Shown here: piece after piece, positions 1-10,858 of the stretch
Layout of the letters: each line of letters begins with the position of its first letter
Numbering within the stretch: the stretch's first letter is position 1
Assembly: GCA_965200155.1 (NCBI GenBank)
Contig: CBDATR010000010.1
Location: forward strand, 64,001 to 128,000
Direction of reading: 5' to 3'
DNA: 64,000 nucleotides
DNA from: Nitrosopumilaceae archaeon
GTDB lineage: Archaea; Thermoproteota; Nitrososphaeria; Nitrososphaerales; Nitrosopumilaceae
Notes under the pieces: model-generated
Database searches by the model: none
Seen by the model: only the letters and a program-made list of their open reading frames with translations
What the model was told of the DNA's origin: nothing
Position numbers and translations under genes: made by a program

Positions 1-2
1 TG

Positions 3-257
3 CGCCTTGCAGAGTACGGAAGTAACATGGGTATTGCCTACCAGATACGGGATGATTTACTAGACTGGAAGAACGAGGACAAGATATTCAATATGCTGGT
101 AAGGGGGAGATCTGATCCCCGTGATGTCTTTGACAGAATGGAGGAGATGCTAAAGTCGTATTCCGGTAAGGCAAGAGAATCTCTTGAAGGTATACCCAAA
201 GTGGAAGCCCGGGTAAGCCTGGAAGGGTTGATAGGCTTCGCGGTACTGAAATCCTAG
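3..257 (+). CDS. Polyprenyl diphosphate synthase, C-terminal part (5' truncated by window edge)
   Basis: GIAYQIRDDLLD second aspartate-rich motif of trans-prenyltransferases. Confidence 0.85.
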   Translation, partial: RLAEYGSNMGIAYQIRDDLLDWKNEDKIFNMLVRGRSDPRDVFDRMEEMLKSYSGKARESLEGIPKVEARVSLEGLIGFAVLKS

Positions 258-341
258 TTACAGTTATTCTCACATCTTAAATCACATTAATCGTCGCGCT
301 TGAGTCTGGGCATATGTGGGCCCACAAATTATACTTGCACT

Positions 342-1811
342 TTATGGGACAGCAAAGGCGGGGGTAGCTATCTCTACGAACTGTATTACCGGATCTGGAT
401 ACACTCCTAGTCCTACCATGAATAGTATGGAGAATATCATGACTGCCAGTATGGGCCGGGGTTCCCGTACCCTCTTTTGTGTCTCGCCCTCAAAGTACAT
501 CTTTCGCATTATCCAGCCATAATATGCCAGGGACAGGGCACTATTCAAGACGCCAGCAATTGCCAACCATGGGCCCCACCATACCACGGATCCTGCGTCT
601 AGGGATGCGCCAAATAGCATAAGCTTGCTCCAAAAGCCGTTTAGCGGGGGCACGCCTGCAAGCGCTAGTAGGGATATCGCAATGCCTAATGCAGTGATGG
701 GCATGCGTCGGCCTAGGCCCTTTATCTTGTCTAGATGGGTGACCCCCAGTGCCACCACTACGCCAGTAATGGCTATGAACGCGGCTCCCTTCATGACAGC
801 ATGGTTCAGTACGTGATACATGGAACCCTGCAGACCAGATGCCGAATAAGGTGCCACAGCCAGACCTATCAGGATATAGCCTGCATGTCCTATGCTGGAG
901 TACGCCAACATTCGTGACAGGTTCTTTTGCATTATGGCTGCCACATTACCCACGGTCATGGTCATTACTGCCACTATGCCCAGGGCCAAAGCCCAATCCA
1001 GATGCAAGGCCGCCATGCCCATGATCATTATTCTTATGGCCGCGGCAAAACCGGCCTTCTTGGTGGCCGCTGCAAGCAGCGCCGTAATGGGCGGTGGTGC
1101 CCCTTCATAGGTATCAGGCAACCACATGTGGAATGGTACAAGACCCATCTTGAAACCGAATCCGGCGATAAAGAGTCCTGCGGCAAGTATTGCCAGTGGC
1201 ATCATGGATGCATCCAGCGCCGCCATGCCCACTATCACCTCTGATATGTTGGTGGATCCTGTAATGCCGTATACTAGGGATATGCCGTACACTATGATGG
1301 CCGATGACATTGCCCCGAACAGAAAGTACTTGAGGGCCGCCTCATTGGATAGCGGGTTCTTTTTAGCAAAACCTGCCAGTACATACGTGGGAATGCTCAT
1401 CAGCTCCCAGGCAACAAAGAGCATTACAAGATCCGTTGAGTAAGCTACCATGACCATGCCTATGGCAGAGAACAGTATCAGCGAGTAGTATACGGCAGGA
1501 TATCTATGATCCCGAAGATAGCTTATGGATCCTACAACACTGAACACAACTACTATAAGCATGGCTACAGCAAAGAGGCCGCCAAAGGCATCATCGGCTA
1601 GGACCTCATTGGAGAATACGGCACCAGGCTCTATCATGCCTGTCACAAACTGATATCCAACATACCCTATGGATGCGAAAAGAGCTACTATGGCTATGAC
1701 CGCGTACGCTCTTGTGTCCCTCTCCCTTCGCCATATGTCTAGGAGGGGTAACACTACGCCAGCTACGCCTAGTACCGCCATTACGACAAGGGGGGTGGTT
1801 GTGATCTCCAT
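342..1811 (-). CDS. nuoN: NADH-quinone oxidoreductase subunit N
   Basis: EAALKYF and FKMGLVPFHMWLPDTYEGAP, RMLAYSSIGHAGY motifs; last gene of nuo operon. Confidence 0.95.
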   Translation of the reverse strand: MEITTTPLVVMAVLGVAGVVLPLLDIWRRERDTRAYAVIAIVALFASIGYVGYQFVTGMIEPGAVFSNEVLADDAFGGLFAVAMLIVVVFSVVGSISYLRDHRYPAVYYSLILFSAIGMVMVAYSTDLVMLFVAWELMSIPTYVLAGFAKKNPLSNEAALKYFLFGAMSSAIIVYGISLVYGITGSTNISEVIVGMAALDASMMPLAILAAGLFIAGFGFKMGLVPFHMWLPDTYEGAPPPITALLAAATKKAGFAAAIRIMIMGMAALHLDWALALGIVAVMTMTVGNVAAIMQKNLSRMLAYSSIGHAGYILIGLAVAPYSASGLQGSMYHVLNHAVMKGAAFIAITGVVVALGVTHLDKIKGLGRRMPITALGIAISLLALAGVPPLNGFWSKLMLFGASLDAGSVVWWGPWLAIAGVLNSALSLAYYGWIMRKMYFEGETQKRVREPRPILAVMIFSILFMVGLGVYPDPVIQFVEIATPAFAVP

Positions 1812-1814
1812 GCC

Positions 1815-3854
1815 CTACACCATCAAAATCAGGACTATGAAGAGCAGTCCTGCTCCAAATACAAATAGATATGACTGAGCCGTTCCTGTCTGGGTTCCCT
1901 GTACCACTTTTGCACCCCATCCCACGGCTCTCTCAAGCCCGGTATTCATTCCGTAATCTATTGCGGTACGCTCAAAGTAGCGGAAAAGTCCGCGAGAAAG
2001 CCACAGTGGCGCCACTACGAAGCACCAGTACACAATGGCATTCAGGTACCATCTCTTTAGTATCAATTTGTGAATCGCGTAAAAGAAGATATTAGAATTC
2101 ACCAACTTCTCTGCACTGGCTAGTCGGCGTATGTAAAATACATACCCCAGAGTTATGCCTATGCCAAATGCTGCCAGGGATGACATTAGCGCTACAGGAT
2201 TTAGTCCGCCCAATATGCCACTCTCTTCTCCATGCCCCTCGCCATGTATGCCAAAGGAGTGGTCCAGGTAGTCCTCAAAGAGATGGTGCAGGCTTCCCTC
2301 TATGTATAAACCAGCAACTCCCAGTATTATGGTCAGGGCTGCCAGTATGCCGTACGGAACCCACATGGATATGTGCGCCTCGTGTACTTGGTGTCCGTCT
2401 GCCTCCATCTTTAGAATGTGCTTACTCTTGGGTCCGTGAAAGACCAATCCTATCATACGAGTAGTATAGAATGCAGTTATTATGGCAGTCAGGACCGCGA
2501 CACCGTACAGAACCATTCCAAGCTCCGCTCCAGACTCGTACACTGCGGCAAATATGGCATCCTTACTCCAAAATCCTGTGGTTATGAAGGGTGCTCCCAT
2601 AAGTCCTAACCCCGCAGCCCACATGAACACATAAGTCTTCTTCATGTGGCGCCGCAGCCCTCCCATGTCTGTCATGAAGCGGCTACCCACAGTGTGTAAT
2701 ATGGATCCCGCGGCCATGAACAGCGAGGCCTTGAACATTGCATGAGACACCAGATGGAAGAATCCTGCCGTATATCCGTCTACATACTGGTGTGATAATC
2801 CAGCCACGCCCAGTGCCAGCATCATGTATCCTATCTGCGAGCCGGTGGAGTATGCCAGCACTTTCTTTATCTCCGGATTGGTCATGCCCTGAGTGGCCAA
2901 CAACAAGGCGGTGATGGCGCCGGTCCATGCAACTATCATAAAGAACTGCTCGCCTAGTATGCCCGCTGCCCCTAGGGCGAACATTATGGGTCCTATACGA
3001 GCCACTAAAAACACCCCTGCCTTTACCATGGTGGCAGCATGTATGAGGGCAGATACTGCCGTGGGCCCGGTCATTGCTTCCAAAAGCCACTCATTAAGCG
3101 GGAACTGAGCGGACTTGCCTACGGCACCGCCAAAGAGCAACACAAAGGCGGGAACTAATAGTCCCGCGGCATCCATCTGCACTGCCCACTCTGTACTCTC
3201 GACTATTTCTCGGAATCCAAAGCTTCCTGCGTACATGAATATCAGGAACATACCCGCGAGCATCATTACATCGCCAACCTTAGTCATGATGAATGCCTTC
3301 ATGCCTGCATGGGTAGGCGAGTAGTAGTCAAGCAGCCCCAAGGCTGTACGACCGCGGGTTCCAACATGATCCTTCTTTTTGTCCCTGTACCAGAATGATA
3401 TCAGACCATATGATGCAAGCCCTACACCTTCCCATCCAAAGAATAGCTGTAGCAGGTTATCTGAGAGAACTATTATCTGCATGGATCCTATAAAGAAGAG
3501 CATCCAAAACCAAAAGCGCGTTATATCGCGGTCCCCTTTCATGTATCCGGTGCTATACACCATGATCAGGAAAGATATCCACCCTACCACATTGGCCATT
3601 ATGACCGATACAGGATCCGCCAAGACACCGGCCTTCAGCCCTATGGATTCTATCCACATTATCTGGGAGTGTATCTCTCCCTCTTCCAGTGCCATGGGTA
3701 GCAGAGTGGCCGCCGATGCTGCTGACATCAGGGCAAAAGCCACCGCCACATAGTTGGTGGCGCTTCGTCCCTTCAGTAGCTTGGCAACACCGGGTATTAT
3801 GAGTGCCCCCACAAAGGGCAGTATCCACACCAGCCACACAGCCTCTGGTGTCAT
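1815..3854 (-). CDS. nuoL: NADH-quinone oxidoreductase subunit L
   Basis: GKSAQFPL..WL..AMTGPTAVSALIHAATMVKAG, HAMFKASLF motifs. Confidence 0.95.
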   Translation of the reverse strand: MTPEAVWLVWILPFVGALIIPGVAKLLKGRSATNYVAVAFALMSAASAATLLPMALEEGEIHSQIMWIESIGLKAGVLADPVSVIMANVVGWISFLIMVYSTGYMKGDRDITRFWFWMLFFIGSMQIIVLSDNLLQLFFGWEGVGLASYGLISFWYRDKKKDHVGTRGRTALGLLDYYSPTHAGMKAFIMTKVGDVMMLAGMFLIFMYAGSFGFREIVESTEWAVQMDAAGLLVPAFVLLFGGAVGKSAQFPLNEWLLEAMTGPTAVSALIHAATMVKAGVFLVARIGPIMFALGAAGILGEQFFMIVAWTGAITALLLATQGMTNPEIKKVLAYSTGSQIGYMMLALGVAGLSHQYVDGYTAGFFHLVSHAMFKASLFMAAGSILHTVGSRFMTDMGGLRRHMKKTYVFMWAAGLGLMGAPFITTGFWSKDAIFAAVYESGAELGMVLYGVAVLTAIITAFYTTRMIGLVFHGPKSKHILKMEADGHQVHEAHISMWVPYGILAALTIILGVAGLYIEGSLHHLFEDYLDHSFGIHGEGHGEESGILGGLNPVALMSSLAAFGIGITLGYVFYIRRLASAEKLVNSNIFFYAIHKLILKRWYLNAIVYWCFVVAPLWLSRGLFRYFERTAIDYGMNTGLERAVGWGAKVVQGTQTGTAQSYLFVFGAGLLFIVLILMV

Positions 3855-5353
3855 ATCTGCAACACTCCCTCCATGTAGGGTATTATGCCCTCAAGGAATA
3901 TGTCCGGGTATATACCTAGCACAATTGTAAAGCCCGCGAGCACCATCATGGGTGCGGTCATATGCCAACCGGCCTCTTTGACTTTTACCAAGTGCTCCGG
4001 TGTCTTGCCAAAGAATACTCGCTTTAGCATCCATAGTATGTATGCCATGGTAAGTACCGTGGCGACAAGACCCAGGCCAAAAGTAACAGCGCGCACAGTG
4101 GAACCTTCCGCTATGGCCGTCTCCAATGCTCCGTAGAACAGAATCCACTCGCCCATGAATCCGCTAGTGGGGGGTACGCCCATTATTGTCAGTGCGCCTA
4201 TTACTGCACACACAGCAGTAATGGGCATCTTTCCAGCTAAACCGCCTAGCCTGGATATGCTTCTGGTTCCCGCTTTCACTATGAGGATACCTGCAGTCAT
4301 GAAGAGCAGTCCCTTGCCCAATGCATGTGTCACATACATCATCTCTGCTCCTGCCATGCCCAGTACTGACATGGATCCTATCCCAAAGAGTATGTATCCC
4401 ATCTGAGATATGGATGAGTATGCAAAGAGCCGCTTTATGTCGTCCTGCATAAGCGCCATGGCCCCTCCGTATAACATAGTGACCAGCCCCCATATGTGGA
4501 ACCATATAGCCAGCTCCGAGAATGTGGCTGGCAGGAACTCTACTATTAATCGAAATATGCCGTAGGCGCCAATGCCTATCATGGCCGGTGAAAGAAGTGC
4601 ACTTATGGGTGTGGGCGCCGCTCCGTGCACCCATGGTAGCCATATGTGAAACATGAACACCGCAAGCTTTACGCCAAGACCTATGGATATGGCAATGGCA
4701 GAGAGTAATACAATATCCGGTGGAATGGACGACTCGGCTATATCTGCAAAATCAAAGCTGCCCACACTAAGTCCTATCATGAGGAAGCCAAGCAACAGGA
4801 CCACGGCACCCACATGTGTCCAAAAGAGAAACATCAATCCTATCTTGCGCCGGGGTCCGTCCCCCCACAACGACACCAAAAAGAAGCCCGGTATAAGCAT
4901 TATCTCAAAGAACACATAGAACTGTATCAGGTTGGTGGATAGGACTGTTCCAAGCATTCCCATTGCAAAGACCAAGTAGAGCGCAAAGTAGAGGCCTGCC
5001 TGCCTGTTGATTGAGTGCTGCTGTACTCTGCCTTCCGCGTCTTCGTGAAACTTATGCGTCATGTATGGTCTTGAGTACAGTACCAGTATGGTACTCAGTA
5101 CGTATATCATTATGGCAAAGGGTGAGGACAGACCGTCTAGGCTAAAGCCAAATCCGCCAAACTCCTGAGTCCATGGGTATAACTCGGTCTGGCTCGAGAG
5201 TGATCCCAACACAACCAGTATGGTACAGTATAGTAGTATGGCAAAGGAAAACCACATGGCTGCCTTGATACCATGCCTGACGCCCAGCATATATGCTACC
5301 GGTGACAGAAGCAAAGGCAGGAATACTGCCTGGATTAGTCCGTATTCTATCAT
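3851..5353 (-). CDS. nuoM: NADH-quinone oxidoreductase subunit M
   Basis: FHIWLPWVHGAAP, DIKRLFAYSSISQMG, PPTSGFMGEW motifs. Confidence 0.95.
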   Translation of the reverse strand: MIEYGLIQAVFLPLLLSPVAYMLGVRHGIKAAMWFSFAILLYCTILVVLGSLSSQTELYPWTQEFGGFGFSLDGLSSPFAIMIYVLSTILVLYSRPYMTHKFHEDAEGRVQQHSINRQAGLYFALYLVFAMGMLGTVLSTNLIQFYVFFEIMLIPGFFLVSLWGDGPRRKIGLMFLFWTHVGAVVLLLGFLMIGLSVGSFDFADIAESSIPPDIVLLSAIAISIGLGVKLAVFMFHIWLPWVHGAAPTPISALLSPAMIGIGAYGIFRLIVEFLPATFSELAIWFHIWGLVTMLYGGAMALMQDDIKRLFAYSSISQMGYILFGIGSMSVLGMAGAEMMYVTHALGKGLLFMTAGILIVKAGTRSISRLGGLAGKMPITAVCAVIGALTIMGVPPTSGFMGEWILFYGALETAIAEGSTVRAVTFGLGLVATVLTMAYILWMLKRVFFGKTPEHLVKVKEAGWHMTAPMMVLAGFTIVLGIYPDIFLEGIIPYMEGVLQI

Positions 5354-5655
5354 CCTCTCAGGCTCCTGAAGTTGGCAATATCCACGTCCTTGTACATGCG
5401 GTATGCCACTATTATCAGTGCCAACCCTACGGCTACCTCAGCGGCCGCTATAGCTATGGAGAAGAGCGCCAGACTCTGTCCACCACTGGTCTCTACAAAT
5501 CGTGAGAATGCTACCAGGTTCAGGTTGGCCGCGTTAATTATAATCTCTACCGCAAACAGCATACGGATTGCGTTACGCTTGACCGCCAGCCCATATATGC
5601 CGATGGCCAGTAATGCCACCGACACTAAGACAAACTCAGTCAGCTCGCCGCTCAT
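5350..5655 (-). CDS. nuoK: NADH-quinone oxidoreductase subunit K
   Basis: AVEIIINAANL and AAAEVAVGLA motifs; start chosen at MSGEL. Confidence 0.93.
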   Translation of the reverse strand: MSGELTEFVLVSVALLAIGIYGLAVKRNAIRMLFAVEIIINAANLNLVAFSRFVETSGGQSLALFSIAIAAAEVAVGLALIIVAYRMYKDVDIANFRSLRG

Positions 5656-6145
5656 TCTCCACATCCCTCCTGGCTAGTACCAGCGCTCCTGTGACGGCAC
5701 CCGAAAGTATGAGTGCCATCAGAACCAGTGCTGGCCAGTAATATATCAAAAAGTCCTCTCCTATGTCTCTAAAGTCTAATGGTTCACCGGGTGACCCCAT
5801 ATCGTGCATCCCTGAGGATATTATGACGGATCCCACACCTATCATAAACACCAGCATAAGTCCTATTCCCGCGAATCGCCGACGGGGATCCTCGACTTTT
5901 TTGAATATGAGTTCCCGTCTTACCAACATTACCGTAAAGAGTATCAGTACGGCAATAGAGCCAACATATACTGCAAGCTGGAATAGCGCCACAAACGGCG
6001 CGTCCAGTAGAAAGAAGAATCCTGCAACTCCACCCAAAGATCCCATTAATGCTATGGATCCGTATATCAGGGAGCGCATCTCCAGCGCGGCGATGGCCGA
6101 ACCTATAGTCAGCACAGAGATGGCCAAGAAGACAGCATCAGCCAT
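5636..6145 (-). CDS. nuoJ: NADH-quinone oxidoreductase subunit J
   Basis: QLAVYVGSIAVLILF motif; operon position. Confidence 0.93.
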   Translation of the reverse strand: MADAVFLAISVLTIGSAIAALEMRSLIYGSIALMGSLGGVAGFFFLLDAPFVALFQLAVYVGSIAVLILFTVMLVRRELIFKKVEDPRRRFAGIGLMLVFMIGVGSVIISSGMHDMGSPGEPLDFRDIGEDFLIYYWPALVLMALILSGAVTGALVLARRDVENERRAD

Positions 6146-6635
6146 GCGATGCTCCCCGTTCGGTTATCTGTATCTCTGCGTCTTGTGAAACATACGGCTT
6201 GACTTGTAGTTGCGCCGGTGTGTATATCAAACCCTCCTTGGTAAATGAGGATAATTCATAGTCATTGCTCATGTATAGTGCATAAAACGGACATGCATCG
6301 ACGCACAGACCGCAGAACACGCACTTGCCATAGTCTATTTGAGGCATTATGCTCTTTTTGTTCTGCTTGTGGGTTTCCGGAACCTTTACCATAGCTATTG
6401 CCTCGGCCACGCCTTCGCAAGCTATGGAACACAACTGGCATCCGGTACAATGATCGTGAAATAGCATATGCCTTCCCTTCAAACCGGCCACGCCGACACC
6501 TGTAATTGGATCGAATCTATATCCGTCCCCTACAAACTTCAACTTCTGCTCAGGATACCTCAGGGTGAATCGCTTACGCGCAATGTGGCGCACTCCGGAA
6601 TTTAGCGCCTTTATTATGCCAGTAGCGGTACTCAT
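6138..6635 (-). CDS. nuoI: NADH-quinone oxidoreductase subunit I (2x[4Fe-4S])
   Basis: CTGCQLCSIAC and CVFCGLCVDACP ferredoxin motifs. Confidence 0.95.
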   Translation of the reverse strand: MSTATGIIKALNSGVRHIARKRFTLRYPEQKLKFVGDGYRFDPITGVGVAGLKGRHMLFHDHCTGCQLCSIACEGVAEAIAMVKVPETHKQNKKSIMPQIDYGKCVFCGLCVDACPFYALYMSNDYELSSFTKEGLIYTPAQLQVKPYVSQDAEIQITERGASHG

Positions 6636-7933
6636 CACAACAATCCTCCAGGTCCCAGTACTCCAGCGTATAACAAGCCCAGTGCAATAAAGATGTTAAC
6701 AAAGGAGAGTCCTATGAGCTTGTACCAGCCTAGGGACAGTAACATGTCTATGCGTATGCGGGGGAATACGCCTCTTGGAAGTAGTATGAAGAATATCACC
6801 GCTACGGTCTTGATAATGAACCAGACGACGCCATTGATCATGGCATGATCTAGGATAGGAAGTCCCGGAACCGTGAGAGTTACCGGTCCTAATGCTATAC
6901 CCTCTGTGATTATCTCTTCCGGGAATGGTGGTATTATCATTGGACCGTGCCATCCGGCAAGGAACATTACGGTGAAGAGGGCTGCAAAGGCGTATAGTTT
7001 CAGATAGGATCCCAGCTGCACTAGACCGTACATCATGCCGGAGAATTCCGTAAGCCAACCGGCCACAATCTCCGACTCTGCCTCTGGCAGGTCAAAGGGT
7101 ATGCGCTCCAGCTCCGCTAGTATGCATATGAAGAAAACTATGGCACCCACTGGGAGAAACAGAATCCACGGGAAGTAGCTCTGGCTCTCGACAATCTCAG
7201 ACAGGTTCATGGTACCGGTGAGAATTACGACACCCAATAGAGAGAGTATGAGGGGTATCTCAAAAGATATCATCTGGTGAAGTGCTCGTATGCCACCTAT
7301 GAAAGGGAACTTTGAGTTTGCGGACCAGGCAGAGAGTACTGTGACAATGGGAAAGAATCCTATTATCGCAAAGACTGCCAAGACGCCAAGATCTACATCG
7401 GCTACCACCCATCCGGGCGCCGCGGGTATCAGACTGACAAAAGCTGCAGCGGTGCCTACAAACGCTACCGGGGCCAACCAGAATATGGGCTTGTCAGCTT
7501 TGGCCGGAATTATAATCTCCTTTGATATTAGCTTGAGACCATCGCCCATAAGCTGCAGTATGCCTTCTACCTTGCCACAATAGAATGGACCTACTCGCAA
7601 CTGCAGTTTGGCTAGCATCTTGCGCTCCACAAAAATTGTGCCCGCTGCTAGTAGCGCCGCGAGCCCAAAACCGGGGAATATTGCGATTTTGAAAAAGTCC
7701 GTCTCCATGAATGCCTTTACTATGGGTATGGTACGAGAGGGGTCAGCTAGCCACGTCAGGGCCAGAAATGGTGTTAGTAACTCTCCGTCAATGACTGGCA
7801 TCTCTATGTAGAAGAGTACTATCTGGATGGCGGGTATGCCCACCAGCGTGACCAGGACTATGATCCAAAACAGATCATTCAGAATACTACGTAGAAAACC
7901 GCTAAACCTGAAACTTGGTGCTATGACAGACAT
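6635..7933 (-). CDS. nuoH: NADH-quinone oxidoreductase subunit H
   Basis: ERKMLAKLQLRVGP, PFDLPEAESEIVAG, PRIRID motifs. Confidence 0.95.
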   Translation of the reverse strand: MSVIAPSFRFSGFLRSILNDLFWIIVLVTLVGIPAIQIVLFYIEMPVIDGELLTPFLALTWLADPSRTIPIVKAFMETDFFKIAIFPGFGLAALLAAGTIFVERKMLAKLQLRVGPFYCGKVEGILQLMGDGLKLISKEIIIPAKADKPIFWLAPVAFVGTAAAFVSLIPAAPGWVVADVDLGVLAVFAIIGFFPIVTVLSAWSANSKFPFIGGIRALHQMISFEIPLILSLLGVVILTGTMNLSEIVESQSYFPWILFLPVGAIVFFICILAELERIPFDLPEAESEIVAGWLTEFSGMMYGLVQLGSYLKLYAFAALFTVMFLAGWHGPMIIPPFPEEIITEGIALGPVTLTVPGLPILDHAMINGVVWFIIKTVAVIFFILLPRGVFPRIRIDMLLSLGWYKLIGLSFVNIFIALGLLYAGVLGPGGLL

Positions 7934-7935
7934 GC

Positions 7936-9069
7936 CTATCTATCTGCCTCCACTGGCCAGTAATTCAAGCTCCAGTACACAGAGGGCATGTTGCCAAGTT
8001 TTTCACCTTTCAGTAGGTATGGCAGAGCTATTAGGTTACGGAAGGATCCTACGCTTAGTTTTACACGGTAGGGCTCAGGTTTTTTTCGGGATATAATGTG
8101 GCATCCCAGTGCTCCCCTGCCTGACTCTACTCGCCTGTATACGGACTCGTCTCCACCCTTGGGGTTTGGCTTGAGCTTGACCCTGACCGAGCCGGACTTG
8201 GGCATCTTTTGTAAAGCATCACGAATTATTCGACAGGACTGCATCATGTCCAGCCATGGTATCTTGGAGCGGGCATAGGCATCACCCTGGGGGAGAACAT
8301 TGGTCTCAAAGTCCATAGAATCATACACATCATAGGGTTCCTTCTTGCGTATGTCGAAATCCACGCCACTGGCTCGTAGAACAGAACCGGTAGTGCCCAA
8401 CCGTATGGCATCGTTGCGGGATAGTACACCAGTATCCTTGGTCCGAGATATCAGTATGGGGTTGTCATAGAAGATGTCCGCATACTCTGCTATCCTTTTC
8501 TCAAAATAAGCAACCTGTCGGAGACAGACATCCTCAAAGTTGGCGGGGAGATCATTTCGCACTCCTCCGGGTACAAAGTAGGCGTGCGTGACCCTGGCTC
8601 CGGTCATCTTCTCTAACAGATCTATGAAAAGTTCCCGGTCCCCTGCTGGCCACATAAACATGGTGGAGTGTCCCAAAAATATTCCGTATATGGCAAGCCA
8701 GTATAGCGTATATACGCACCGGTTTAGCTCCGCTGCTATGACCCGGACGTATTTGGCACGTTCGGGCACCTCTATGCCTAGTAGATCCTCGGTAGCCAAC
8801 ACGTATGGGTAGAGTATGTTGCATGAGTCGTGTATTACCGGTCTTTCTAAGTGTGGTATGTTGGTTATGTAGTTACGATACTCTGCCATCTTCTCCTCGC
8901 CCCGGTGCACATAGCCTGGGTCCGGATCGCAGGCCACTATATAGTCGCCATCTATCTGCACTATTATGCGCATATGACCTGAACCCGGATGCTGTGGACC
9001 CACATTTAGCGTCATGATCCTATCGTCTACTTTTTCTAAATGGAGTCCTGGGGGCAGTTGATTACTCAT
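7936..9069 (-). CDS. nuoD: NADH-quinone oxidoreductase subunit D
   Basis: NVGPQHP, GYVHRGEEK, ESGRG motifs. Confidence 0.95.
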   Translation of the reverse strand: MSNQLPPGLHLEKVDDRIMTLNVGPQHPGSGHMRIIVQIDGDYIVACDPDPGYVHRGEEKMAEYRNYITNIPHLERPVIHDSCNILYPYVLATEDLLGIEVPERAKYVRVIAAELNRCVYTLYWLAIYGIFLGHSTMFMWPAGDRELFIDLLEKMTGARVTHAYFVPGGVRNDLPANFEDVCLRQVAYFEKRIAEYADIFYDNPILISRTKDTGVLSRNDAIRLGTTGSVLRASGVDFDIRKKEPYDVYDSMDFETNVLPQGDAYARSKIPWLDMMQSCRIIRDALQKMPKSGSVRVKLKPNPKGGDESVYRRVESGRGALGCHIISRKKPEPYRVKLSVGSFRNLIALPYLLKGEKLGNMPSVYWSLNYWPVEADR

Positions 9070-9073
9070 TGTG

Positions 9074-9565
9074 TCATCTCCCCTTTATTGCAAAGTCTTT
9101 GCGGAGAGGTGGCAGATCCGCCCAGTCCTCAGGCAGTAAAAGCCTGCGATTGTCTGGGTGCCCCTCAAAATAGACTCCTAGCATCTCGAATATCTCGCGT
9201 TCATGGAACTCCACCGAATAGAATACATCTCGTAAGGTAGGAAGCTTGGTGGAATCGTTGCCCGGTGATGGTACATCTTCTCGTGGGGTGCGGGTAGCCA
9301 AGGCGAGTATCCTCTTGGACATATCCGGGTTGGTGTATGAGCCTAAATGGTATACTACTTCTATCTCCCCGGAGTCGGGATAATCTACCCCGGTTACTGA
9401 TTCGGCATGATCAAAACCCATCTCCCTGGCGTACTCAGCCGCCTCGTGGATGTGTTCTCGGGGTATGCGTATCTGAGGGCGCTCCTCATTGTCTGATATT
9501 ATTTCGCTTTGAGGAAACTTGGACACTATGAGTGCAGCCGTTCCCGTTGGGGTGGGGGCGTCCAT
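9074..9565 (-). CDS. nuoC: NADH-quinone oxidoreductase subunit C
   Basis: EREIFEMLGVYFEGHPDNRRLLLP..PPLRKDF; start overlaps nuoB stop (TGATG). Confidence 0.93.
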   Translation of the reverse strand: MDAPTPTGTAALIVSKFPQSEIISDNEERPQIRIPREHIHEAAEYAREMGFDHAESVTGVDYPDSGEIEVVYHLGSYTNPDMSKRILALATRTPREDVPSPGNDSTKLPTLRDVFYSVEFHEREIFEMLGVYFEGHPDNRRLLLPEDWADLPPLRKDFAIKGR

Positions 9566-10089
9566 CAGACAAACTTCCTTGCTTTCATACACTTCATCTT
9601 TTCCTGTAATAACATACACCCTTGTATTAGCGTCTCCGGCCGCGGAGGACAACCGGGTACATACACATCAACGGGCAAAACGCCATCTATGCCAGGCAGA
9701 ACATTGTATGAATCAAAGTAAAGTCCTCCCGTTATGGCACAGGCTCCCATGGCTATAACATATTTGGGCTCAGGCATTTGATCGTACACCAAGCGCAGTC
9801 GGGGCGCCATCTTGCGCGTTATTGTTCCTTGTACCACTACAAGATCACACTGGCGCAGAGATCCGAAGGCTTCTATTATGCCGAACCGTTCTACATCGTA
9901 TCGGGGTCCTGACGCCGCACCAAACTCCACACTACAACATGCCGTTTCAATGTGTACTGGCCATAGTGACCATATGCGTCCCCAATTAATTGCATAACCT
10001 AGGGGCTTATCTACTGCCTTTTCTAAAATATCGCCAAGTTTTCCTACAAAGACATTGGCGTTATGTGGCGTAACCAATTCCTTTATCAT
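9565..10089 (-). CDS. nuoB: NADH-quinone oxidoreductase subunit B
   Basis: ACCSVE, AMGACA, YVPGCPPRPE motifs. Confidence 0.95.
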   Translation of the reverse strand: MIKELVTPHNANVFVGKLGDILEKAVDKPLGYAINWGRIWSLWPVHIETACCSVEFGAASGPRYDVERFGIIEAFGSLRQCDLVVVQGTITRKMAPRLRLVYDQMPEPKYVIAMGACAITGGLYFDSYNVLPGIDGVLPVDVYVPGCPPRPETLIQGCMLLQEKMKCMKARKFV

Positions 10090-10096
10090 GCTAGCA

Positions 10097-10471
10097 TCAC
10101 CATATGTTCCGCCTCTTGGACTGGTGCAGGGCAACGGCCATGGCTGCAAACATTATGCCCAGGAATGCTATTAGTGGCAGGGTGGCAGACTTGGGCAGCT
10201 CTAGTATTGAACTGCCCCATGCGTATAGAAATATGGCCATAACATCAAAGACCACGAACATCAACACATATGCATAGTACTGCATCATGAAGTTCGTCCT
10301 GCCCTCGCCCTTTGGCACTTGACCGCATTCCATGGGTAGGAATTTGACTGGATTACTGCGACGGCGCGGTGAGAGCATTCTGGATATGATAAGTGCCGGA
10401 CCTACGGCCACCACTGCAAAGCCAAACATTAGTACAATATTGCCATAATTGCCCGCAAGCTCGCCAACCAA
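10097..10471 (-). CDS. nuoA: NADH-quinone oxidoreductase subunit A
   Basis: PMECG, YYAYVLMFVVFD motifs; first gene of operon; start approximate. Confidence 0.93.
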   Translation of the reverse strand: MVGELAGNYGNIVLMFGFAVVAVGPALIISRMLSPRRRSNPVKFLPMECGQVPKGEGRTNFMMQYYAYVLMFVVFDVMAIFLYAWGSSILELPKSATLPLIAFLGIMFAAMAVALHQSKRRNIW

Positions 10472-10858
10472 TACGAATCACAAAATTGAAATTTACTATA
10501 AAAAGCTATGTGGAAATATCGTGATAGTCTTTTAGGTCACAACAAGCGTGGAAATCTGTCTTTGTGGTACCGGTCATCGACGTGCACTTGACATAGGATG
10601 GGACAATGAATATTGTGTCCCTGTGCTAAGTGACGCGCTCTTGATAGTGAGGGCGTACGGTCCTGCTATCCAAACTACTCACCGAGGCGGTTTGAAACCA
10701 CATGTCGTGCTTGTGGACAAAAATACACTGCAGTATCCATTTTTTCACGCTATCATTCCTCAACTACATCTGGACCCGGTGATAACAAAAATTACTGTGC
10801 GAGCGTAATAATGACTTTTGCATTGGTATAAATTTGCCATATGTCATGACAGGCTGTA

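Noticed and set aside
342-10471. Missing nuoEFG and nuoM-before-nuoL order
   Set aside because: Known normal arrangement of the 11-subunit complex I in Nitrososphaerota
10548-10808. 86-aa ORF between nuoA and grpE
   Set aside because: No recognisable motif; an alternative frame has a lone CxxC and stops, so coding status is unsupported
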